A stretch of DNA of 63,848 nt, counting the filler, from Calcarisporiella thermophila CBS 279.70 (taxonomy: Eukaryota > Fungi > Calcarisporiellomycota), in NCBI RefSeq assembly GCF_041956535.1. It is 8 parts of 8 records of this genome, joined end to end, with 100 filler letters (N's around TTAATTAATTAA, not from the genome) between each part and the next. Parts side by side here need not be neighbours in the genome. Positions count along the whole stretch, not along the records: positions 1 to 11,914 come from NW_027192241.1; positions 12,015 to 14,681 come from NW_027192279.1; 6 more parts are not named here. One strand, 5' to 3'. Positions 1 through 12,403 of the stretch are shown here, in pieces; the first letter of the stretch is position 1; each line of letters begins with the position of its first letter. The notes below the pieces were generated by a model. It was not told where the DNA came from. It worked only from the letters and a program-made list of their open reading frames with translations, and searched no databases. A program made the position numbers and the translations under genes.

Positions 1-8
1 GAAAAAAA
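1..8 (+). mobile_element. Probable poly(A) tail of a non-LTR element inserted in the 5' LTR (rest off-window)
   Basis: An A-run abuts GGATCCTTG, the same junction as the LINE poly(A)/TSD at 62074-62097 (minus strand). Confidence 0.5.
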
Positions 9-342
9 GGATCCTTGCCATTCGAGGACTCCTCTTATTCATTGCGATCACCTTGGTTGATGCAGACTTTATCATAATTTCCTCTTTATGTTTATATTTC
101 TAGTCAGATTTTCTATCTTTTCGAGCCATTTTTCTTTTACCGAATGCAACTAAGTGCTTAAATTGCGGTCACATGAATATTCTTTATTGTTTTTATCTTA
201 TTTTTTCATTCATATATAAGGAATCTTTCCCAACACATAAAAAAAAAGGAGAAGCAGAATAAAGTATTGTTTTTTTTTTTTCGTCCTCGGACTCGAACGC
301 GAGCTTACTGTCCTCACCACGAATCCCTAATTCCACATAACA
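8..342 (+). mobile_element. 5' LTR (family E, partial) of a Ty3/gypsy element
   Basis: Ends in CATAACA (342), followed by a PBS. Positions 8-29 match 21/22 nt of the LTR segment upstream of tRNA-Val, which starts TGTTGTG at 62666 on the minus strand. Confidence 0.7.
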
Positions 343-348
343 TTTTTG

Positions 349-366
349 TGGGGGCTCAACCGGGAT
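349..366 (+). promoter_or_regulatory. Primer-binding site complementary to the tRNA-Pro 3' end
   Basis: TGGGGGCTCAACCGGGAT lies just after the LTR end and is nearly identical to the classical tRNA-Pro PBS TGGGGGCTCGTCCGGGAT. Confidence 0.8.
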
Positions 367-452
367 TTTTAATTCATACAAGGATACCCACCTTGGCACC
401 CAACACGCGACTTCAAGCAAAAATAAAAACAACTACTAATAAAAAGGAAGGC

Positions 453-2546
453 ATGGCTGAACGGCGCCTCATTACGCCGATACCCTGGTACGGAATGCCG
501 ATAGAGGACCCGGTGGGTTGGCTACGCAGTTTCGAGAACGCTGTCAAGGCTAACAACTGGAACGATACAACTGCATGTAGAGTTGTTGGATCCTACTGCC
601 TGGGTAATGCAGCCACGTGGTACCAGCGCTACGAAGCAGAATTAGATACTTGGGAAAAATTCCGCGCGGCTTTCCTGGGGCAATATAAAACTGAATTCAG
701 GGAGGAGGTGTGGAGAACAGCGTTAAAAACCAGGCGTCAACAACCTGGGGAGCAGGTAGAACAGGTTGCTTCCGAAATTCAAACCCTTATGGAGAGGTTG
801 GGAGACAACCAGCCGGGGCGCGAACGTGAGAGAGTTCAAGTCTTAATTGACGCTTTTCGTCCGGAATATGGAGCGCAGATAAGACGAGCGAGGCCCTCTA
901 CGTCCCAAAAGGCGGTGGAAATAGCCCAAAACGAAGAGTTGATTTTGATGACTAGTGGAGGAGCGGCCTATGACATGCACCATTCCAATGGACGCACATC
1001 TTATTCGCAGGTAGCAGGAAACCAATATCATAATGGCTTCGCTTCGGGCTATATGCCGATGTTTTCATCTCCCTGGGATATGCCCAATCCAGTAGGAGCC
1101 CATCAGCCACCAGTGCATTTGATGCCAACTTTTTCGAATATCATTATGCCATCTCCAGTGAATGAGCCTTACGTTGAGCTGACGGAGAGATTGAGAAAAC
1201 TTGAACTCAATGTGTTCCAAGCGAACTCATCAACGGTTAAGGTGACGACACCAAGGACGGAGAGGAATGATCGGCGAGATTCAACGGCGCAACAACCTAA
1301 GGAAAAGAGATGCCATCGTTGCCAGGAAGTGGGGCATTTCGCACGGGATTGCCCGGCGCCGCGACCGGTACGCAGGGAAGATGCAACAAGGAAGGAGACA
1401 ACACCCATGACGACTCAAGGGAACGCTCAGGTGCAGGCTCCCACGTCACGATCGCTGAATACCTTCGAGATCCTGACAGAGGAACCTAAAGGTGTAGATG
1501 TAATGATGGCGGAGACGAGTAGACGAACGCGAGGGAAGACGTCGCGCCAGGAGAGCAACAGGGAAGATGCGACTCCGGTGGCGGATCTTGTTCCTAGCGA
1601 ATCAGAGACTTTGCTAGTAGAACAGCCAGCGGGACTTCAGCTAGCTCAGATTCCACTTATGGTAAATCACGAGCCATATTCGATAACGGAAGAGCTGACT
1701 AGCTCACAAGCCAATATCACGATTGGCCAGCTGTTATATCATTCTCCGTCGGTCAGACGAGAGCTGGTAGGTCTGTTGAAAAGAAGTAATGGAAATATTA
1801 ATCTCTTGGATATAGATTTGGAATTTGAAACCGACGATGATTCGAGGGAGGTGGAATTCGCCGCGACAAGAGCCTGGGTCAGTATAGGGGGGCAAGAAGT
1901 CGAGGTTCTCCTGGACACTGGTGCGGCCGCGAGCGTTATTAACAAGGGCTTGGTACAGAAGCTAGGTCTAAAGATCGAACTTCCTAAAGCTAAAACCTTA
2001 GTAATGGCGGATGGTGGTACGACCAAGACAGTGGGAACCATTACAGCGGTACCGGTCATGGTAGACTCCGCCCTAACACCGGCAAATCTCTTAGTATATG
2101 AGAGGGAGGGGGATTGCCTGATCCTTGGAAATGACTGGTTTAAACCGAACCGAGCGTTCCCTGATGTTGATCGTGGGGAGCTAGTGTTAAGGCGACCGGA
2201 GGGCAGAGTTACGATACCCCTGTGAGTCAACTATGAGGGGCAGGGTGACCAACATGCCGACATCTTCGGGATCATGATAGCGCGTGAAACAAAACCCGCC
2301 CGTACGACTGCACTGAGCGAGGAGCAACAGGGACAACTGGAAGATCTATTGACTCAGTATGAAGATATATTTGAAGGTCTTGGACGCACCACGGAGGCAG
2401 AGCACGCGATTGATACGGGAGACGCCGCACCAATTAAGTGCGCACCATATCGAGTGTCATGGGAGCATCAACAGGTGATAGACAGGGAAGTGAAGGAGAT
2501 GTTGGAGCGGGACATCATCGAACCATGTGTCTCACCGTGGGCTTTT
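453..2546 (+). mobile_element. Ty3/gypsy gag-protease-RT(N-term), disrupted and truncated
   Basis: Retrotrans_gag-like N-terminus, CCHC knuckle CHRCQEVGHFARDC, aspartic protease LLDTGAA. After a single in-frame TGA at 2223-2225 the same frame continues into the RT start (HAIDTGDAAPIK..PYR..IEPCVSPWA). Cut at 2546 by another LTR-like terminus. Confidence 0.9.
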
Positions 2547-3220
2547 TGTAACAGGACGGCTTATTTTCACTATGTGACGGTTAATTTCATTCATCATACT
2601 TATTTTAGGCTTATTATTATTACCTTTTTAATATTTGTTTTATTGTTTTATGAAAGCTGCATCTTAAGTCAGCCTTTGGAAAAGCCAGATTATGTCATAT
2701 TATTTGATTCCCTATTTTTCGTATATATTCATTCGATCTATTTTGTTGTTCCGGAGGGATCTGCTATTTGGATAAAGATCTTGGTCTACCATTCGAAACC
2801 ACAGGACGCAAGTTCCCGCGTCCTTAGAGGGAAAAATAAAACCTAGCTTTTGTGACTTCATCGCTTTATTATCTTTGTTTCTTTAACTGAGCCCTTTTGT
2901 GAGAATATTTAATATTATACGGTTGTTTATTAAGCCAACCTTATTTTATGATAACTTTATTGTATTGAGATTATGCCATTTTATTACTTTTATTATTTAT
3001 ATATTTCCTATGTGATACATTAACAACAGTATAAAAAGACCGATATTTCATTTACAATAAAGACGAGCTATTTTGTATTGAGATAGAACCGGATTAGTTT
3101 ACAATCCACTTTGTGTCGTTTATTAGCCTTCTGAAGTGTTTAGGGAAGGACGATCAAGAGCTTAGGGATAGCTAGAGGATTGTCGAGATAGACCTGATTA
3201 GACTAATATCCGACGCAACA
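2547..3220. mobile_element. LTR-like segments (one or two degenerate solo LTRs)
   Basis: Starts TGTAACA exactly where RT homology stops and ends ...CGACGCAACA at 3220. A degenerate inverted match to that end lies at ~3109. Internal boundaries are uncertain. Confidence 0.5.
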
Positions 3221-3225
3221 ATATT

Positions 3226-3940
3226 TGTTACGAGAAAATTGGTTTTTGTACGGGAAAGTCACAGAGGCAGTCACATAGACATTCAGGAAGCGCGATATCC
3301 TTCAACCAAAACACTTAGCTCCAATACGACCTTGCCAAACACCCTACCACCCGCATTCCAATTTTTTCTTTTTTTGTTTTATATTCTTTTTCTCTCTTGT
3401 ATAATACCGTCCTTGAAAAATAGGATGGTATTCACACGCTCTACCATTGCGTACATGTATTCCGTGTTTCGGAGAACTGTCAAGTCATTTTATTACTAAA
3501 AAGGATACTTTTCAATAAAGAACCTTTAAAAAAAAAATCCAGGAAGCGCGATATCTTTAAAGTGGAGCAGCCAATAGAAGTGATTACCGCTACGTTGCCG
3601 ACCCCTCGTGGTTACTCGCCGCCCTCGTGGTTACTCTTATGCTTCCTCATGGTTACTTTGTTGACGTTGATTGCTACTTTGTTGGTTTATCTTTGTTCAT
3701 CCTTGAACACCAGTTGAGCTATTTTCTTTATCTCTTAATTCTATTTAAACCCCTCTATTTTGTTTTACTGTTCCTCACCAATCTCTTATTTTTATTATTA
3801 AGGTGAGGACAAGCTATTATTTCATTATATTATTATTATTATTAGTCTTATTATTAGTCTTTTATTATAACACCAATCTCTTATTTTTATTATTAAAGAA
3901 TCCGCACAGCTCTCCACGAAATCTCCCTTTGCCTGTAACA
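3226..3940 (+). mobile_element. Solo LTR (family C) containing a LINE 3' fragment
   Basis: TGTTAC...GTAACA termini flanked by TATT on both sides (3222-3225, 3941-3944). Its 5' 65 nt recur at 4197, 40958 and 63690. Confidence 0.85.
3300..3537 (+). mobile_element. 5'-truncated LINE 3' UTR with poly(A)
   Basis: TSD CAGGAAGCGCGATATC at 3284-3299 and 3540-3555, with AATAAA and an A-tail. The 3' motif TACTTTTCAATAAAG is shared with the LINE end near 10660 (minus). Confidence 0.8.
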
Positions 3941-3944
3941 TATT

Positions 3945-4192
3945 TGTCATAATTCGAGTCACATATCAAGCTATCCCAACGATATTCAAGCTCCGACATT
4001 AATTAGGAACTAGTTATAAACCAGTATTCATTAGCTTTATTAGTTAACAGGTTAAATAGTTATTATATCTTATAGTATAAAAGGAACACTCTAATGAGAA
4101 CTTCCAACAGACATACCTTGTTCTTGAATAAACCTATAGTTTTACCTATGTTCCCCGAGTATCCCCTAGTTATCTCGCTCTAGTTTATGATA
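3945..4192. mobile_element. Solo LTR (family D)
   Basis: TGTCATAA...TTATGATA near-inverted termini, flanked by TATT on both sides. Confidence 0.75.
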
Positions 4193-4196
4193 TATT

Positions 4197-4265
4197 TGTT
4201 ACGATAAATTGGTTTTTGTACGGAGATGTCACAGAGGCTGTCACATAGACATTCAGGAAGTGAAG
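4197..4265 (+). mobile_element. 5' part of a family C LTR
   Basis: Close match to 3226-3290, then replaced by LINE sequence. Confidence 0.8.
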
Positions 4266-4450
4266 CCCATTATCAATCGGGCCAAGCTGGATAGTGAGGA
4301 GGCTATAGGAGCCGAACTAACAAGAGCCCGAATAAAGCGACAAATTGAACAGTTCCGAAGCAGGTGGTGTAAAATGGGCGCGGTGAAAGGAGCTAATAGA
4401 GCGGCTCTAGAACTGGATTGACGCAGTAGCCCCTACTACTACTTCAGACA
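4266..4450 (+). mobile_element. LINE ORF2 C-terminus fragment
   Basis: IINRAKLDSEEAIGAELTRARIKRQIEQFRSRWCKMGAV is homologous to the LINE C-termini at 40170-40538 and 62370-62601. Confidence 0.8.
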
Positions 4451-4942
4451 CTATGTCACGCCTTACGTTAAGCAAATTTTACATGTATATCAAGAAGTTA
4501 CATCAATATCGCGAAGAAATTAAGATACTATCGTAAACATAAATATATAGAAGCGTCCATTTATCTGTATTTCTTAAGATGACTAAAGAGGTTTAAACAA
4601 TAAGCTTTCTGTAGCTCAAACATTTTCTATCTATTATCGATATACAAATCATCGTAGGAAGTGGATCAGGGCAATTGGAGGAAATTGGCTCGACCGTGCG
4701 TACTAAATGTAGTATAATTGGCAGCAGTTAGTATGGCCTGTGATTTCATCCATCTCACAATACTTCCATAATTACCTCAGCCTCTTTTTACGTCATCACA
4801 CATTCTGTTCTGTCTTTAACCTTTTCTACATACGAAAAATAAAAATTTACATCTTAACAAATCGTATCCTTATCATTAAACTATAACCAGTCTTCATTTC
4901 GGAATAATTCATAAGGGAAAGAAAACAGGAGACCTTATCGAA

Positions 4943-7404
4943 ATGAGTGCACCAGCACTGCCTCCCCGCTCACACCATCGTGCTACTCAAGATTGGAACT
5001 CGACGTCCCATACATCTTCAACTCAACAACAATTACAACCACCGCCAAAACGAAATCCATTGTCTCCATCAAGCTGGGGTCTTCGCCGCACTCAAACGCG
5101 AAATCATTTTCCACCCGTGAAACCTGTGCGCTCTAGTGCCGCAGCGTCTTCGCCAGTGGCCGAGCGAGAAGATCCATTAATGCAGTGTCCTTCTCCTGTG
5201 TCTGTTTCTTCGTCCTCGACCTCTTCTTTATCAAGATCAGCTGCACTTGCTGAAGCACATAGGCGATTGACTTCTGGAGGAAATGTAAATTCCACTAGCG
5301 ACGCGCCGGAAGAACAGAGTTTAGCTGAGAAGCGGGAAAAGCGAAGCACAGTTGATGTAATTAGGAAGAGATCAACTCTAAAGAATGTATTCACATCGTT
5401 TGTTGGCAATGTGTCAGGTAATAAGCTGTATAGATGATTTTAAATTTTGGCAATTTCTTAAAGTAAGTTTGCATTAGATCTACTCTCTGGCACAGGAAGC
5501 GAAAAGAAAGGCGCATTCGATATATCATCGCCATATAATGCAACACATAATATTCATGTAGGATTTAACTCAGACACAGGAGAGTTTACAGGGTTGCCTC
5601 GAGAGTGGCAAGCGCTATTGCAAGCCTCAGGAATTTCGAAGCAAGATCAGCAGGCTCATCCACAGGTATTGTCAACATAGCATTCAGCCAAATATCCGGG
5701 AGGACTTGTTAAGCTGAATTGACTATTTTCCATTATTTAAGGCCGTGCTCGATATTATTGGATTCTATACCGAGAATCAGCGCAAAAAAGACGATGCAGT
5801 CTGGGCAAAATTTAATAACGCTCAGGTTCTCTCGAAGACAATTACTCAAGATGCAAATGAGATCCCGCTGGAACCAACAGTAAATATAGCTTTAATTTCA
5901 CTTTTTTTTTTACATCTCATTAACTCTTGATGGTATAGAAACCGTCGACTACTAAACCTTATGTTCCAACGCGTCTACCTCCCTCCCGTCCCCAGACTCC
6001 ACCTCCTCCCCCACGCACCTCCAAAGCACCCGGACGTTCTCAGTCACCGGCAAATCTCAAACCCATTACACCAAATACTGCGCAGCCCCACTCAATATCT
6101 ACAGTTCCCAACGATTCATTACCGCGCAAGGCTTCTCCAGCTCCAACTCCGCCACCAAAACCAGCCCATGTGAAAATGCGCCAACAAGAAGCTATTCCTA
6201 GACGAAGGCCACCTAAACCTTCTACGGAGAATGATGAAGTTATACACGCGAAGTTGAAAGAGATTTGCACGGATGCTGATCCGACAAGACTGTACCGTAA
6301 TCTCGTCAAAATTGGTCAAGGGTAAAATCTCAAAGTTGCTTAAATATTCCCGCATATGAATAATCCAACAGTATTTGACTACTACCAGGGCATCGGGCGG
6401 TGTCTACACAGCATATCAAGTTGGCACTAATCTTTCTGTCGCCATCAAGCAGATGAATCTTGAACAACAGCCCAAGAAAGAGCTTATTATCAATGAGATC
6501 TTGGTGATGCGCGAATCGCAACACCGCAATCTTGTCAATTTCATCGATTCGTTTCTTTATCGAGGTGCATTGTGGGTTGTCATGGAATATATGGAAGGCG
6601 GTAGCTTGACAGAAGTGGTTACGTATAATATTATGACGGAAGGACAGATTGCGTGCGTGTGTAAAGAGGTAATCAGGCACAAACTTAATGTAAATATTTA
6701 TATATGTGAACGGTTGGTTATTTTGGATAGATTCTCGAAGGCATACATCACCTTCACTCTAATGGTGTGATTCATCGCGATATCAAAAGTGATAATGTCC
6801 TACTTTCCCTAAATGGTGATATCAAACTGACGGATTTCGGATTCTGCGCCCAATTGAATGAGATGGATGCAAAGAGAACGACTATGGTGGGGACACCCTA
6901 TTGGAGTAAGCAAGCTTAAATATATATGATTAAATCTACACGATTATTTTTACGTGCATGCTAATCCCAGTTCTCTATTTTAGTGGCCCCTGAGGTTGTG
7001 ACGAGAAAATCCTATGGTCCTAAGGTCGATGTTTGGAGTTTAGGCATCTTAACGATTGAGATGATTGAAGGCGAACCTCCATATCTCTCTGAGGCTCCTC
7101 TAAGGGTATATACTTTATTTGAGGGGAATATATTATGTGTTTATGTATATTATTTAACCTAATGGCATTTTAGGCACTCTACTTAATTGCCACAAATGGT
7201 ACCCCGAAACTTCAGAATCCTGGTGCTCTTTCTCCAGTGCTCCAGGATTTTCTGCAGCGCAGTCTTACGGTAGATCCGGAGGCACGTCCTAACGCTGCAC
7301 AATTGCTCAAGCACCCATTCCTCGCACGACCTGACAGTTGTTCATCCCTTATCCCGCTTATCAGAGCGGCTCGAGAGCAAATGAAGAGGAAAGCCGCTAG
7401 TTGA
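4943..7404 (+). CDS. p21-activated kinase (PAK, Ste20/Pak1 family), multi-exon
   Basis: CRIB motif [22 protein letters not shown]. Kinase motifs [38 protein letters not shown]. About 7 GT-AG introns. Confidence 0.93.
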
Positions 7405-7830
7405 ATCTACTGATTTAAATTTCTAATTTTCTCATGGTCAATTGATAGATGAGGTGCTAATTATTTGTGTGTTTGTAATTTTACATTATTCCTGATCCGC
7501 TTTGTTTGTTTTACAATATTCTATTTCATATTCTATTTCATTTTATGAATACCCTTCTTTTCCCTTATCTCTTTTGTTTTAGTTTTCTTGTTTTTACAAT
7601 AACCATTTATATATTCTATCACAACCTAATACAGTTCTTTTTTTTTTTTTGGTTTGACATTAAAGAGTTTGAACTTAAAATGTGCATGCACAACTATTTT
7701 TAACTAGAAACGTGTTTTCTACTCTTTATTTCCAGATGAATGACAAAGAATACATTTGGTAAATGATAGAAATGGAGATAAGGATAGCTTCATAACTGAA
7801 AAAAAAAATAAAGTCATGAGGCCAAAAAGT

Positions 7831-9415
7831 TTAAATTGTATGCCGTGCGCAAAATTCCTTAAGGCGCTGCGCGGCTTCTTCAAGCGCCTCTAGCGGAGGA
7901 GCCGTCACAAGTCGCACAAAGTTAGGGCACTGGAAAATTGTTCCAGGCAACACGGCAATCGACTCCTCTTCGAGCAACTTTTCAGCAAAATCCATGTCGG
8001 AGCGAATATCGCGGAACTGCTCGGAACGGATGCCAACCATCATATACATTGCCCCTTGGGGTTCCACAATGCGAAGTCCGGGGATTCCAGAGAGAAGACC
8101 AGCAAGCTGCCGTGTATTTTTCTAAATAAGGGGCAACTTGAAGATTAGCGTTTTGGGGGGATACAAATGTAAGGTAGGAATGCTCACTTCAAGCTGCTGC
8201 ATCGTTTCGTCGTGGAAATTTCGTGGAGTCTGGTGCAAAATCTCCGGGAGAGCGGCCTGGATGATCGAATTCGGGCCCAGAATTATTTGGCTCAAGCTCG
8301 AGAGTCCTTGGCGCACCTCTTGTTCAAACAAATTGTTTCTGTCATGAATCAAGACCCAGCCCAGCCGCCATCCGGGTACGAGGAAGCGTTTAGCAATTCC
8401 TCCGACAGTTAGGATGGGTACAGTTTCGGTTAAAGATGAGAGTGGATAGAATGTATGACCTTCGAAAACCATATCCTCATAAATCTCGTCGGCAATTAGG
8501 GGAAGGTGGTATTTATCGCAGACTTGAAGAAGATCCAAGAGATGTTGCTTGGAGTAAACCGAGCCACACGGGTTTGAAGGGCTAGGATAAAAACATGTTT
8601 ACAATTAAAAAAAATCCATAGAGCAATACGATCTTTATAGTCTTTACTTGTTTACGATTATGGTAGCTGTTTTATCATCGATCAACGATTCAACATGCTG
8701 AATGTCCGCTTCCCAGTTACGATCCGGCTACCACAAGTGCATTAGTTCTTGATGGCTAGGGGACTAATATCGTAATTTCCCGCTTACCAAGAGATCATAG
8801 TAGCGAACTTCGACACCTTTACTCCGCGCCAAAGTGGCATACAACGAAAATCCTGGACGCGGAATAAGAATATTATCGCCTTCGTTGCATAATACGCTTA
8901 CGCAAAGTTCAAGCGCATGAGAGCAGCCACTTGTGATTATAACATCGCGAGAGGTAAGTGGTGCTTCCGATCTGTTGTAGCGTTCAGCAACAGCCTGGCG
9001 GGCGGATTCAGTCCCTAAGAAGTGAATGAATAACATTGTTCAATACACCAAATTGACTGTGAAAGCTTGATTGTATGAAAAATATGCACAAAACTTACCA
9101 ATTGCAGGAGGATATCCATTCGCCTCTGCTGACATTGCAATTCGAGCAATTGCACTAGCGCATGATTCATGAATTTTGAAATTTCCGAAAACAGTTGGAT
9201 CACCTAATGATAGATTCCATCAAAAAGATAAACATTGAGCACAACTATATTAATTAATCTGTCATTTGATTTTGAGGATGCACACCAAGTGTCAGATTGA
9301 TAACGGCCTTGTTTGGGTTGGGCTCCGCACGTTTGCCGTCCACTAGCTTGCGGATAGGGTTGACAGTGCGCTTGGCAACAATGCTAGCATCTACTTTCCA
9401 CGAAGTGCGAGGCAT
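7831..9415 (-). CDS. TAT: Tyrosine aminotransferase (class I PLP-dependent), multi-exon
   Basis: NPIRK N-terminus, [46 protein letters not shown] (PLP lysine). Confidence 0.9.
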
Positions 9416-9682
9416 ATTGGCTGCGTAAAATATCCGAGTTGAAAGGCAAAAGTCTCTTTTAGTTTTTCCCAAAGGGTTAAATGTATACACAAAGTGGAGA
9501 AGTAAACGGAAGTAGAGAGAACTCAAGTCAATTGGATAAGTTCAATGTGATGCATAATTTGTAAATTGTCTACAAACCTCTCTTAAACTCATAATCGTGG
9601 GAAAGTTCGCGTTTCAGAAGCAAAAACTTTACGCCCCGGGTAATAAAATATTTTAAATTCAAATCAAAGTCTTAGCCGCATA

Positions 9683-10620
9683 TTTTCTTTTATTGCGGGC
9701 ATATTCCATGACTTCACGGCCACTTTATATGGCAAGATGAATGACCGCCTTCACATATTTACATAATACCAATGGAGGTGAAATAGGAACGAAGGCAGAG
9801 TTGGATGAGATGAAAAATTTATCAGGTAAATACACCTACAGAAAATGAGTGGTACGATGATAATTAGGCTAAGAAAATGATTGCAATGCGTTTTTTACAC
9901 AGATAATCTAAAGTGGGAAAGGTTGTATCTTTTTAAAAAGTTAGGGCAGATTACCCAGATAATGTTCCTGGGTTGTTCTAAAGTTATTCTTTTCTTTAGG
10001 GGACGTAAAATTTTACGTCCACTTATATTTTTGCTGAAAGGAATGAGGGCAAACTTATGCATAAAATTAATCCAGTTACTGTCTATCTAAATAGATTTCA
10101 ATCTTTGAGGAGTGATCAGTTCGTTTTCAGCTTGGTTCTGGGGTTTTGACAAAGTTGCGGGGGGATCCATCTACGAGTGACGTGCATTTCTGAGGCCCCG
10201 CTTTGGGATGATCTTTGGCCGAGCTCTCTTGGAATGTTGGGCTGCTGACAATTTGAGAACCACTTGAATGATGATTCGTATCGAACCAGATATAGTTTTG
10301 TAATTTCCTTTTTGGAAGCACTTGAACCATATGTAGGTTTTTTCTCTCCCACGGGACATGAATTTTTCTACGTTTACCTGATAATTTTATCTGAGGAGAA
10401 TTGAAGGTAGATTTCTATGTCAAAATCACACAAGTACTGCTCTTGGTCTCCCATTTTGTATTTGGATTTCTCGTAAGGATTTTTGCCACCTATTGTGTAG
10501 CTGCTTGGTATTTCTAGCTTGTTGTCGATTATTGATAGGCGTAGAGCCCCGAGAATGGCTTGGCAAACTTTTAGGGCGGATGTCGCGTATGGGAATCAAA
10601 CTCACAGCCTAGTAATTCGG
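9683..10620 (-). mobile_element. Degenerate LINE 3' end (oldest of a head-to-tail trio)
   Basis: 10385-10600 is a diverged repeat of 11390-11610 with zf-RVT-like remnants (EKTYIWFKC). The left boundary is approximate. Confidence 0.5.
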
Positions 10621-10637
10621 CTCGAATCAAATGTAAA

Positions 10638-11614
10638 TTTTTTTAACAGAGAGTGAATCTTTATTGAAAAGTACTTTCCAATGGCTAGTGAATCGCGTTA
10701 CTAACTTTAAAAAAATAACGCTGCAATAATGGACAGAATTTAGAAAGGAAGATGCTAAGTGGGAAAGACAAGAGAAGAAAACATTCAAACAACAATCAAC
10801 GGAGATGAAAAGCAATGTAGATAGTAATAACAAGGTATAGCTATATGGTAAAGGGAATACTAATAATTTTCATGTATAAAGATTATGTAAGAATATTGGA
10901 TGAAGGGAAGAGGAAGTTGATAAGCCATCGAATCTTTGATTAGAAGCAAGGGAAAAGGGCAGCAGTTTTGATAAAACCTTTATCGAAGTTGGTTGGATGC
11001 TTTGGGTGAAGGATATCTTGTCTTCAAGGGCTCATATCCACTTTCCATACCAAAGCTCCTTGAGCGCTTCTTTAAGTTGTTCCGAGTGTAATTTCGCTTA
11101 GTTGGGCATTATCTTCTATGGTAGTTACTATGGATCGGTAGTTGATCCAAGTTGCCTTTTCATGGACTGTTGCCGCTACACCTCTTTGGCAACTCAAGGT
11201 TTAAGGTCCTTTCCAAAGTGTCTGCCCACTAGTGAACCGGGAATCCCAGGACCAATCATATATTCCTGCCCACTGTTTGCCATATCATAGATGGTTGACA
11301 TTAATTCCCATTGGTAGCACGTGATTCTGTCCTGTCAGTTCCCGAATTTTTTTCTCTCTTAGGATGTATTTTTTTACATCCACTTGATGATTTTTATCTG
11401 AAGGGAATGGAAGGGTAGACTTCTACGTCAAAATCACCCTGGTACTGCCTCTGGCCTCCCATTTTTGTGGTTGGATTTTTCCTAAGGATTTTTGCTAGCT
11501 ATTTTTGTAGCCGCTTGATATTACTTGCTTGTTGCTATACTATTGAAAGCGATTGAGTCCTGAGAAAAACCCGGTAAACTCTCATGGACGGGTGGCGAGT
11601 CCCGAGTATCAGAG
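10638..11614 (-). mobile_element. Degenerate LINE 3' end with 3' UTR and poly(A)
   Basis: T-run at 10638 and reverse-strand TACTTTTCAATAAAG shared with 3300-3537. Homologous to the adjacent copy. Confidence 0.6.
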
Positions 11615-11914
11615 TTTTTTTTTATTAATGTCGAGTCTTTATTGTATAGGAAGACTCTAAAATACAATTGTTACATTATTATAAGCAATAAAGTGAAAGA
11701 GAAGCCGAAGCTAAAGCTTTGGGTGATATCGTAGATCGAAATGATATGTTGGTCATATCGACTTTCAGCTCAAATAGGTAAGGGAATGGTGAAACTCAAC
11801 TAACTGTGGATATCAAAGGATAACATGAGAAGTGGGGTGGGGAGTAAACAAATGGAAGCAGAGGATAGGAAGGGGGATAGGTAGGGGTTGTTGCGTTATC
11901 CCAGTATCAGTGCT
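11615..11914 (-). mobile_element. Young LINE 3' end (runs into gap)
   Basis: Near-identical to 62089-62390, including ..ALILG* and the poly(A). Confidence 0.9.
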
Positions 11915-12403
11915 NNNNNNNNNNNNNNNNNNNNNNNNNNNNNNNNNNNNNNNNNNNNTTAATTAATTAANNNNNNNNNNNNNNNNNNNNNNNNNNNNNN
12001 NNNNNNNNNNNNNNGTATTTATGCTAAACATACCTGAGGAAAACTGTCGAAAAATACGCAAGCTAGAATCGTGCAAATCCATGGCGCATGATTATTTAGC
12101 CTGTGATCGATTTTAAAAGTAAAACGCAAGAAAAAAATAAAATTGAAGCCTATGGTAAAAGCAGATCAGACTCGGACTCTTGAGATGTGTAAACAGTTCG
12201 GGGTGCATATTCAAATGTCAACAGCATACCTCTCCAGCCCGCCCAAATTATTGTGTTCATTAGCAATAAAAGAAATGCGATGAAGTGTATGCTGGCTGAA
12301 GTTATGGGATACAAATATGGATTAAAGCATGAATACAGTCAGATGCATAATTGGTTAAATAATAAAATGTGGTAGTGGGTAAAATATCATGCTAAGAATA
12401 GGC

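Noticed and set aside
2223-2225. Programmed stop-codon readthrough in gag-pol
   Set aside because: The stop falls after protease rather than between gag and pol, and the copy is defective. A point mutation is simpler.
2547-2846. Hydrophobic C-terminus of ORF 2274-2846
   Set aside because: Chimeric read-through from RT into AT-rich LTR sequence.
3284-3299. LINEs recognising a specific sequence (CAGGAAG) in LTR C
   Set aside because: Insertions at equivalent offsets occur in unrelated LTRs B and E and in unique DNA.
3600-3900. Short direct repeats (CCTCGTGGTTACT x3; a 26-bp duplication) as a CRISPR-like array
   Set aside because: These are internal LTR repeats with no regular spacers, in a eukaryotic context.
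11915-12013. Recurrent TTAATTAATTAA within N runs (also ~14700, 18870, 28025, 41067, 59410, 61870)
   Set aside because: Artificial linker with stops in all six frames, not biology. Adjacency across these linkers is unproven.
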